A DNA stretch of 39,140 nt, from NCBI GenBank assembly GCA_964255105.1, contig CAXUWE010000005.1:1-39140 (forward strand), read 5' to 3'. The stretch comes from Porpidia crustulata. Its lineage: Eukaryota. The notes beneath the pieces are model-generated. The model saw only the letters and a program-made list of their open reading frames with translations, ran no database searches and had not been told where the DNA came from. The translations under genes and the position numbers were made by a program. This document shows, piece after piece, positions 23,201 to 35,200 of the stretch (the stretch's first letter is position 1; each line of letters starts with the position of its first letter).

Positions 23201-26200
23201 TGGGTGCAGCGGGGGAGCTGGTTGTTCAGGGTCCTATCCTCGCTAATGGGTATTTGAAAGAGAAGGCTAAGACTGAGGCAGCGTTCGTACCGGGACCGGC
23301 TTGGTTGAAGAGGTTTCAGGTGCCGGGGATGAGAGCGTATGAGAGTATCTATAAGACTGGGGATTTGGTTAGGTAAGTCTTAATTATCAGATTATTTTCG
23401 GGGTCCGAAGTGGCTGACTCCAAGGATTCTTAGGTATGCTGAAGACGGATCAATCTTATATTCTGGCAGAAAAGACAGTCAGACAAAACTCCACGGGCAG
23501 AGACTAGAGCTTGGTGAAATTGAGCACCATCTTCGTCACGACCCGGCTGTTCAGCATGCTCTGGCTTTAATTCCAGGATCCGGCCATTTCGCAAAGCGCC
23601 TCGTTGCTGTGCTATCTTTCAAAGAAAGCATGAATTTAATGACCACATACAATGATCTAGAGATAGTCGCGCAGGAAGACGCAGCCGCACATGTCGAAAG
23701 GATTCGGGATCATCTCCGCAGTCACCTCCAGCCATTCATGGTCCCCTCCAATTGGGTTGCTCTGATCAAGATCCCCATGCTGCCAAGTGGGAAACTGAAC
23801 GGTAAGCGGATCAAGACCTGGCTCGAGGACATGCCTGAAGAGGTGAACCGGAAGCTTTCTGGGAGTAGCGATTTCAACAGCACAGCAGGGATAGCAGCTT
23901 CAGAAATGGAGGAGCGTCTGCAGAAGATTTGGTCAAAGGCCTTGGATCTTCCTTTGGAGAAAACGGGATTAGAAGCCAACTTTCTTTTCCTTGGTGGGGA
24001 CTCCATTTCCGCGCTGCAAGTCATATCGAAATGTCGGGCAGAAGGAATCAATACAACGGTTCAGGATGTCATCCGCAGCAATTCAATTAGGCATTTGGCG
24101 AGCAATGTCAGCATTGAGAGAACTAAGGTCGAGTATACGGAGGAGGAGTTGGGAAGAGAATTTGGGTTGAGCCCGATGCAAAAGCTATATTTCGAGTGGG
24201 TGGGGAGCAAGCAGGTTCACCATTTTAATCAGAGCGTCGTATTGCGATTGCCTCCCACGCAAAGCCTCGAGAACATCGCGTCTGCTCTCAAGATTCTAGT
24301 ACAGTCGCATTCGATGCTGAGGGCAAGCTTTCAGAAAGACGAAAGTGGCCAATGGACACAGAAGTCAGCCAAAGACTCTGCAAAATCGTATCGGTTCACG
24401 CTTCAGTCCGGCAAATCTTCCCTCGAGGAGATTACTTCTTCAATCAAAACGAGCCAGGAGAGTCTGAACATCGAGAAAGGTCCAATCTTTGCTGCTAACC
24501 TTTTCGAATCCGATCCAAGTGACTCGAAGGTTCTCGTACTTGTCGCACACCATCTCATCATCGACATCGTATCTTGGAACATTATCCAACAAGATCTCGA
24601 TGGATTACTTACCATAAAGCGAGCGGCGCTGCATAAGTCGCTCCCATTCCAGACCTGGTGCAAATCCCAGGAGGACTATAGCCAGACTCAACTATGTAGC
24701 GGCTTGGACTTTGAAGATGAGGTGCCAATGGCTAATTTCGCATACTGGGGTATGGAGAAATCGAAGAATGTTTACGGCGCTGTTCGCAATCTCGAGTTGG
24801 AGGTGGATGCTGCGACTACCGCTAAACTACTTGGTCCTTGCAATCATGTAATTGGCGCCGAAATGATTGACATCCTTCTTGGCTCGATCCTTTTCTCATT
24901 TTGCAGGACGTTTTCGGATAGGAAATCCTCGCCTGCAGTGTTCAACGAAGCCCATGGTCGCGAACCGTGGGATTCAAGTCTCGACTTGTCCCATACAGTG
25001 GGTTGGTTCACGACTATCAGCCCAGTCTTCCTTCCTTCTGAAGCCACTACAGAGAACGATATCGTCAACGCTATTCGGTGGGTCAAAGACCTGAGAAGCC
25101 GTACTCGGGATAAAGGTAGACAATACTTTTCCCACCGCATGTTGACCAAGGAGGGCAAAGATAAATTCAGCAAGCACTGGCCAATGGAGATAGCGTTCAA
25201 TTACTCTGGTCAGGAGACAAAGTCCGCCGGTGAAGTCAGTAACGCCTTGATACAACCAATGGAAAGGGTGTCATCCACATTTGACATTGACCCGGCGTTG
25301 CCACGATTCGCTCTTTTTGAAATTTCAGCTGGCGTTCTTAACGGCAGTTTGAAGATTTCCTTCTCGTTCCCTCAGAACATTCGACGCCAGTATTCGATCA
25401 AAATGTGGATTTCAGCACTTGACAAAGCCTTAATGCGATCTTCGGAGGAGCTGCTCAGAACTCCATCTAAGCCGTCGCTCGATAGTTTCCCGCTTTTGCC
25501 TCTGATGTACAATGGCACCAAGAAAATTCAAGGCAAACTCAACATGGCAGGTATTGCCTCCCTAGTAGACGTTGAAGATATTTACGGCTCATCACCCATG
25601 CAGCGGGGCGTTCTGCTTAGTCAAGTCAAGAACCCAAAGCAATACATGTACCAAGCTATATTGGTGCCACGCCTTGCTAATTCCTCTGCACCGCTGAATG
25701 CGAGAAAGCTGGCACATGCGTGGCGGATGGTGGTGCAGACACATCCATCGTTGAGGACAGTCTTTATCGAAAGCCTAGCGAGAGATGGTCTGATGGATCA
25801 AGCTGTTCTGAAGACTATCGAACCTAGGATTGGGTTCTTGCAAACGCATGCAGCTAATGCGGTCGGAAAATTGAGGGATCAGGTATCGATTGACTTTACT
25901 GAGAAGCAACCACACCATCAATTCACGATCTGCGAGACTACTTCAGGGAAGATAGTCTGCAAGTTGGAACTTAGCCATTCGATCTGCGATGGGACTTCTG
26001 TCTCTATCATTCTCAAAGATCTTGCAAGGTTCTACGATATCGGCACGGAGAAAGTTGAGTCAGCACCAACGAATCGTGATTTCATCTCCTATCTTCAGAA
26101 AAGTTCTTATGAGTCTGATCTCACCTACTGGCGCCGTTACCTGCAACATACTGAGCCTTGCTCTTTCCCATCTTTGCTCGATGGCCCAGTGCAGGAAAGA

Positions 26201-29200
26201 GAGAACCTGACATACCAGCTGAATCTCGAAGACCTTCCTGGACTCAATTCATTTTGTGCCCAAAATTGTGCGACGCTATCAAATGTCTTGCAACTGGTTT
26301 GGTCCCTGGTCCTTCGCGTCTTTACCGGCAACGAGAACATCTGTTTTGGCTACATCACCTCTGGCAGAGACGTCCCTATTCAAGGTATTCAAGATACTGT
26401 GGGACTCTTCATCTCAATGCTTGTGTGTCATCTGGAACTAGATGATAATCTCGAGGTCAATAAAGCTCTCGAGCAGATTCAAGCAGATTACTCAGATAGC
26501 ATGGGACATCAAGCCTTCTCCTTGAGTAACATGCAACATGAGATGGGCGGGGGACATGCACTTTTCAACACCGTATTCACATTTCAGAGACGGTTCAGGT
26601 CATCGGATAAGGGGAGTGAGACGCTTGAGTACGAAGTGATCTCCGCATATGACCCGGGAGAATATCCCCTCACTGTCAATGTCGAAGCTTTGGAGCAGAG
26701 TATCGACGTCCAATTCAACTACTGGACAGACTTCCTGTGTGAAACCCAAGTCTCGAACATCTCAAACACATTTGAGCAGATCTTACATTCGATCATGGAT
26801 CCCGCCTCTTCTCGAATGACAGTCGGAGGCATTGCATTTTGCAGCGAAAAACAACAACAGCAAATTTTGGGCTGGAACGATACGTCTCTTCCCAAAGTTG
26901 AGAAATGCGTTCATGATATCATCTACCATCAATCACAGACGCTGCCGTTATCTGCACCGGCAATTTGCTCGTGGGATGAAAATCTTACCTATGTCAAGCT
27001 TATGTCTTTGGCGAAGAGACTTGCCAAGCACCTCGTTGCGCTTGGTGTTGGGCCTGAGACGTACGTTCCACTGTGCTTCGAGAAATCCGCGTGGGCTGTT
27101 GTGGCTCTCTTGGGTGTACTTGAGGCCGGCGGAGCTTTCGTTCCATTGGAGCCTTCACATCCTGAGAGTCGCATCAAGTATATCATCGACAATGTAAGGG
27201 CGAGGTTTGTGCTTTGCTCTGAAAGATACTGCGAAATATTTGCCGATATACCTGGTGTCGAAACTTTTGTCGTGGACGAATCTTTACCAAGACGGCCACA
27301 GCCAAGTGCACCATCTGGAGTTGCAGTGAAACAGCCGACTCCAGCTAACGCGGCATATTTGATTTTCACCAGCGGGACCACGGGGCTGCCTAAAGGCACA
27401 GTGATTTCTCACCATGCTTTCGCAACTGGTGCTACATCACACGCACCTGCAATCCTCATGCGCCAGTCATCTCGAGTCCTTCAATTCTCTAATCTCTGTT
27501 TCGACGCCTCTGTCATGGAAATCCTGACCACCTTGATAACTGGAGCATGTATCTGCATTCCAAGCGATGAAGAGCGCATGAATAACATCTCTGGGGCGAT
27601 CAATCGTATGGGAGTGACGTGGACGCTTTTGACACCATCAGTCGCGAATATGCTGGATCCGGAAAAGGTGCCAAGTCTCCAGGTGCTTGTCACGGGAGGA
27701 GAAGCGATGCAAGCAAGACATATCGCTAAGTGGTGTAGCTCCACTGCTTTGGTCAACGCTTATGGACCCAGTGAGTGTGCGGTCATTGCCACCACAAGCG
27801 TCAAGGTGGATTTGGATGGATCGCGTCTTAATGAAGACTCTTCCAATATTGGTCGCGGCGTTGGTTGTCGATGCTGGGTTGTGAATCCGCACGACCACAA
27901 CCTGCTTATGCCGGTTGGCAGTGTAGGAGAGCTAATTATAGAGGGAAACACCGTCGCACGGGGCTACCTTAATAACGAAGAAAAGACTGCCAGAGCTTTC
28001 ATTATGCGCCCTGATTGGATGAGCTACAACGATGATGAGATTGTTGCTGGCCATTCTCGGCTGCTTTACAAGACAGGAGACTTAGTACGCTACAGTACGA
28101 CGGGTGACCTTATTTACGTCACAAGAAAAGACACGCAGGTTAAACTGAATGGGTTGAGGATTGAGTTGGGCGATATCGAACATCACGTTAAGGAACATCT
28201 TCCCGGTCGTATCGAGGCAGCTGTCGAAATGGCCGCGCCCGCCGGTCAACCAACTGCATTGGCGGTTTTCATGTGTCCCAAAGATGATAGCTCGTCTACG
28301 GACGCTTTGATCTTGCCCATGTCTCAGAGCATCACCGCGCTCGGTAAAGATCTCAAAATGAAGCTCACCAAAGTGCTTCCGGGATACATGGTTCCTTCAC
28401 TCTACTTCCCAATCTCCCACATGCCCTGGACAGCCTCTGGTAAGCTCGACAGGGTCAGACTTCGCAAGGCAGTCACAGCACTTCTGCAGGAGGAGCTGGC
28501 TCCATTCAGGCTAGCAAGCTCATCCAGCAGCAAGAAGAGTCAGGAGCCGAGTACTGAAATGGAGAAGAGTCTTCGACACTTATGGGCATCTCTCTTGGGC
28601 ATTAGCCCTGAATCCATCAGTACGAGTGATAACTTCTTCGACATTGGTGGTGACAGTGTCATTGGGATGAAACTCGGCTCCGCAGCAAGGGCAGAGCGTA
28701 TCTCGCTTAGCGTTTTCGATATTTTCCGCAAACCAACTTTGGCTGAGATGGCAGAAGCTTGCGTTGAGCTTGAAGAGGACCGTGAGACGGTGTCCAAACA
28801 GTTTAGCCTCCTTGGCGACATTGTCAGTAACCTTGATCAGCACATTGATGAATTAGCGGGACATTGTGCTGTGAGCAAAGAAAAGGTGGTAGATGCCTAC
28901 CCTTGCAGCCCTCTCCAAGAAGGCCTGATTACGATCTCTGTAAGCCAGGCCGGAGCTTACGTTGCTCACAATGTTTTCCGCCTACCTGAGTCTGTTGATG
29001 TCGGGCAATTTCAGGCAGCATGGCAGATCGCAGTTGAGGAAATGGACATTCTGAGGACGCGGATTGTTCATACAAGCTTGGACACCTTTGTCCAAGTTGT
29101 TCTGAGCAATGAAGCCATAGACTGGCATTATGCAAAGTCAACAAAAGAGGCGTCAGATACAGCACAGCTACCTGAACACAATGGCGGCCCACTTGCTAGA

Positions 29201-32200
29201 TTCACCATCGTGACTGGTATTGATTGCTACTTTGTCTGGTCAATACATCACGCCATCTACGACGGCTGGAGCATGCCTCGAATGCTTCAGCGAGTCGAGG
29301 ACATTTACTGCCAATGTTCCCCGCAACCCGTCCAGACTCCCTACGCCAGATACATTAGCTACCTTCTACATTTCGACAAAGAAGCATCTCATCGCTTTTG
29401 GCAAGACAAGTTCCACAACCTCCAGTCTTACCACTTTCCTCCGGCTCTACGCAGTTCAGTAAGCGAGCAAGAAGTCGATTTCAAGACTTTACGCCACGTT
29501 GTGCAAATACCGCACAAGCCGAAGATCACGGGTGTCACTTTACCAACCCTGATTCGGGGTGCGTGGGCAATCTTATTGTCTGCGCATACAGGTGGATCCG
29601 AGGATGTGGTGTTTGGGGAAAGTTTGACGGGTAGAGATCTTCCGCTTGACGGGATCATTGATATGTTGGGTCCGACATTGACGACGGTTCCCACGAGGAT
29701 CAGCGTCAGGCGAGAGTTGACGGTGGCGGAGTTCTTGCGGGATGTCCATCAGAAAGCCGCGGAGGTTATCCCCAACCAACATGTTGGCCTGCAAAACATC
29801 AAAAGGCTGAGTGCTGAGACGGCACTCGCTTGTGATTTCCGAAACCTTCTGGTCATCCAAACAACAGCGAAAGAAGATGATGTGGAGAAAAGTAATTTTT
29901 GGCAGCCGCAAGACAATGGCGTTAGCTCGAAGTTCTTTAATTATCCTCTTGTGGTGGATTGCGATGCAAGCGGATTAAGCGTCCGGCTTGATTTCCACTA
30001 CAATGAGGTGTACGTATCGAAGTGGTTGATCGAGAGAATGGTGCACCAACTCGAACATGTGCTGGTCGATCTTTGTGCTGCGACTCCCGTGAGCGAAACA
30101 AGACTGGGAGGCTTGGAGATCGTGAGCGAAAAGGACATTGAGCTCCTTCAGAAGTGGAACAATTACCAGCCAATGCCTGTTGAGAATACAATTGGCGAGC
30201 TTTTCTTGCAACAGGTCAAGCGAGCTCCTTCGACCCTGGCTGTCTGTTCCTGGGACGGCAACTTTACGTACAGAGAGCTGAAGTTACATGTAGAACGGCT
30301 AGCTGGGCATCTGCTGCAACTGGGCGTCAAGCCTGAGACCCTGGTCCCGTTCTGTGTGGATAAGTCGCGATGGGCAATCGTGGTGCAACTTGGCATCATG
30401 ATTGCTGGAGGCGCTATGGTTCCTTTAGACCCATCGCACCCCTTTGGGCGGCACGAGGGTATTATTCAAGATACACGAGCTCGGTTCCTTGTTTGCTCTC
30501 CGCAATACACCGAGAAATACCAGCGGTTGACTGACATCGTGGTCCCGGTCGATGAGCAATCGTTACTGAATTTACCTAGACGTGATACCGAAGCCGTACC
30601 ACTCACTCGACTCTCAAGTAAAAATGCGGCCTATGTCATCTTCACATCAGGCTCCACGGGCCGTCCAAAAGGCGTCGTCATCGAGCATGAAGCCGTGTGC
30701 TCAGGCTCGGAAGCTTATTGCAAAGCTTTGTTGATGGATTCAAGTGCCAGAGTCTTCAACTTCGCATCCTTCACTTTCGACGCTGCAATAATGGAGAGTT
30801 TATCGCCCTTGACTATAGGCGCGTGTGTATGCATACCCAACGAGGAGGAAAAGATGTCGGACCTGGCTTCTGCTTTCAATAGCGTTAGACCAACATGGGC
30901 CTTTTTGACTCCATCCGTTGCAAGTCTTATCCAACCGTCAGATGTGCCGTCCTTAAAAATCTTAGTGGTTGGTGGTGAGACAATGTCAGAGGAGATTGTG
31001 CTCAAATGGGGAGAGGATGTCACGCTCGTTAATGGATATGGTCCGACAGAAGCGTGTGTCATTGCCGTGACCAACCGCAAACTTTCGGAGCAGAAAGACC
31101 CCAAGAACATTGGATATGCACACCACAATAGCCGCGCCTGGATCACTGATGCTACTGATCACAATCGCTTGGCGCCTTTAGGTTGTGTGGGGGAACTAGC
31201 CCTCGAAGGTCCAACTCTTGCCCGCGAATATCTGCAAGACCAAGAGAAGACCGCAAGCACCTTCATTCAACGTCCAGCCTGGAGCAGCAGAGTTGGAGAT
31301 GTGCAGCGTCTCTATAAAACCGGAGACTTAGTCAAGTACAATGTGGACGGCAGCATCGTCTTTTGCGGAAGGAAAGACAACCAGATCAAATTAAATGGCC
31401 AACGCATCGAGCTGGGAGAAATCGAGTCAACGCTTCTGCTTCACGAGCGTATTCAACACGCCGTCGTTGTCTTACCTAACGAAGGCTCGTGCAAGAACAG
31501 ATTGGTGGCAGTTGTTTCATTGGCTGATATTGCCTCCTCCGCTTTAGGAGAATCAGTAGCAACATCAAAAAATGCGTGCACACTCATCCAGGATTCCCGA
31601 ATGGAGACAGCACAAGCTTATTTGAGAGAAGTTCGAGACTTCCTGGCGGAGACATTGCCTGCTTATATGATCCCAGCGATGTGGGCGATTGTGGAAACGG
31701 TTCCAATCCTCGTGTCTGGCAAAGCTGATAAGAAACAACTTGGGAAATGGATCAAAGGTCTAGATAGCGCCGCTTACAAACAACTCACGGCACAAGAAAG
31801 CATGAGCATCGACTTGGTAGAACTGACCAAAACGGCGCAACGACTGAGGGAGATCTGGGCAGCTGTTTTTGACAGACCTTTAGAGGAGGTCGATCCTGGC
31901 CGGTCATTTATGGGCCAAGGTGGTGACTCTCTGCAATCTATGTCCATTGTATCCCGTTGTCGGAAGATCGGTGTAAGCATCACGGTGCAGAATGTACTAC
32001 AAAGCAAGTCGCTCATCCAGCTTGCCAAGTTGATTGACTCGAACAAGACTTCGGTGAAACCGACGAATGCATCAAGTCTCAAAGAGAAGGTTGATCAGCC
32101 ATTTGCGCTTTCGCCTGTGCAGCAGCTGTATTTTCGAGTGGCAGGGTCCTTAAGCGACCATACGCGCAATGGCCGTTTCAATCAAAGCCAGATGCTCAAG

Positions 32201-35200
32201 GTCAACCGGCATATAAGTACTGGTGCAATCAGACATGCTCTGGATATCATCGTGGGGCAGCATTCTATGTTCAGAGCCAAATTCTCCAGAAACACGCATG
32301 GTACATGGCAGCAAAAAATCGCTTCTACTACGGCCAACGCTTACCGCCTTCAAACGCACCATGTTGATGACTTGAAACAAATGGTACCCGTGGTGGCAGA
32401 AAGTCAGACGTGCCTTAATATTACGATGGGGCCTTTACTTGCCGTAGACTACTTTTGCACGCGGCAAGATGAATGGATCCTCTCTCTGGTTGCCCACCAT
32501 CTAATCGTCGACGTCGTGTCTTGGAGTATCATCATCCAACAATTAGAAGGCTTGCTTACTTCAGAGGATAATCAGACGACCGAAAACCCTATGCCATTCC
32601 AAGTCTGGCTTGAATTGCAGCAGAATCACACCCATCAGGAGCTTGTCAAGAACGTCCTACCTTTCGAGATTAGCCCCGCCAATACTGGCTATTGGGATAT
32701 GGCGGAGCGGCTAAACGTGTATGGGGATACCAAAACCCAAAGCTTTATACTTAAACGATCATATACTGAGTCAGTCCTTGGTGATTCTAACGACACGTAC
32801 CGTACGCAGCCCGTTGAGCTTCTCTTATCTTCGCTGGTCTTTTCTTTCAAGCGCGTCTTCTCAGATCGTAGCGCCCCAGTCATATTCAACGAAAGTCACG
32901 GCCGGGAGACGTGGGACGACTCAATAGACCTTTCCGGTACAGTAGGATGGTTCACCACCCTTTCTCCGATGTATTTACCTGTTGAGTCTTCTTCCGAGGA
33001 AACTGTCTTGGATACAGTGAAGCGAGCGAAAGACCAGAGGCGCTCGATCCCCGGCAGTGGGAGGGATTATTTCGCTAATAGGTTCTTGACGCAAGATGGG
33101 CGAAACCGATGCGCGGAGCATGAGCCAATGGAGATTTTGTTCAACTACACAGGGCGCTCCCAACAACAAGGCGGCAACGGTAGTGGTTCCCTTCTACAAC
33201 CCATAGACATCCAGTTAGATGAGAAGGATGAGAAGCTTACCGCAGACGTTGGTCCTGAGACAGTGCGACTGGCATTGATCGAGATAAGTGCGGGTGTGTC
33301 TGACGGCTTGTTCAGATTCTCCTTCATATACAATAGGCACATGAAACACCAAAACAAGATCCTCGATTGGGTCACGGAATGTCAGCGCACGCTTGAAGAT
33401 ATGACGGGACAACTACTAAACGCCTCGCCGGAGCCCACACTCAGCGACTTCCCTCTTCTTCCCACCAAAGCTAATGGGATGGCAAGACATTTCAACGAGA
33501 CTCTACCTGATATCGGGATCTCTAACATGGATGAGGTAGAGGATATGATGGTTTGCGCGCCTATGCAGGACGGCTTGCTCCTTTCACAGATCAGACAGCC
33601 GGATAATTATCTCAGCTATATGATCTCCGAGGTGAAGAAAGGACATAATGCGCGGGTTGACGGTCGGCGATTAGTCCGAGCGTGGCAGAAGGTCGTGGAT
33701 CACCACCAGATGCTTAGGACAACGTTTGTGTATAGTGTGTGCCAGGGACATGCATTTGATCAGGTGGTGATGAAGTATGCGAATGATGGCGCGAAGTTGG
33801 TACAGTGTAAGGATGAAGAAGTCGAAGAGGAGCTTGCGAAGATATCATTGAGGGAAGTCAACAGTAAAAGGCAACCGACGCTTCCCCATCAATTATCAGT
33901 CTGTACAACGGATTCGGGTAAAGTCTTTATGAAGCTGGAGTGCAATCATGCCGTCATTGATGGAATCTCGGTAGGGATAATCAAACGCGATTTGGCCTCC
34001 GCCTACCAAGACCGACTCGAAGGACCCAGACCATTATACTCCGATTACATTAAATACATTGCCCATCGAACCCTCACAACCTCAGTCCAATTCTGGACTG
34101 GATATCTCAAAGGGGTCCAGTACACTCATCTTCCACCTTTGAATCCTGGCCCTCGTGAAACAGAGCGCATAAATTCAATTTACATACCCTTTGACCGATT
34201 CGACGAGTTGCAATCCTTTTGCCGGACAAATGATTTGACGCTCTCGAACATCATGCTTGCAGCTTGGGCTCTCGTTCTACGCCGATACACCGCTCAGGAT
34301 GACGTTTGCTTTGGGAATTTGTCTGCTGGCCGGGATGCACCGGTGGATGGAATCCAAAACACAGTCGGCGCATTCATCAATATGTTGGTTTGTCGAGTCG
34401 ATTTCGCCAGTCACAGGAATAGGACATTGACAGACGTGTTCCGGAAAGTCCAAAGCGACTTTGTCGAAAGCTTGCCGTATCAGCAATGCCCGCTTGCTAG
34501 GATCCAGCATGGTCTCGAGCTTCCAGCTGGAGAGGCTATGTTCAATACTGCGTGCTCACTACAGAGTCAAGGATCGTCGGGTGAGGGAGTGGGGGAGGCG
34601 AACACAATTCGGTTTGAGGAGGTCGCAGGGCATGATCCCACCGAGTATGCTGTCACCGTCAACATCAATACTGCAACCGGGTTTGAGATGGCATGCATCA
34701 AGCACTGGACGTCTCACATTTCTGTTCCCGAAGCGGAAGCTCTTTCAAGGGTTTATGCTCATGTGCTCGGTTGGGTTCTAACTAATCCGGATCAGACAAT
34801 TGCAACGCTTGAGGAACCAAAGCCAAGCTTGAAGATCAAGGAGAATCGTAGGCCACCTGCAATAAGAAAAGCTAGTGGAGTACGATTTCAGGCTATAGAT
34901 GGCCAAATACAAGATACCAAGGGCACCGACAGCATACTTGACCAGCCGAAACTTCCAGTTGAGACATATCGCAAGATTGTCAAAGACTGTGTAAAGGAAG
35001 TTCTTGAACAGTTGATTAAGTCGGGCGAATATACCATTCCAAAGAAAGACGCAGAAGATCAAATGTCAAACGCGTTGTCGACAAAAGTCGACGAAACCCA
35101 GAAAAAGGAGTCGAAGTCATCGAAGTCATCGAAGCCATCGGATACCACTTCCAAAACCCTGCGCTCGCTTTGGAGCTCCCTGCTCGACATACCCAAGCGA

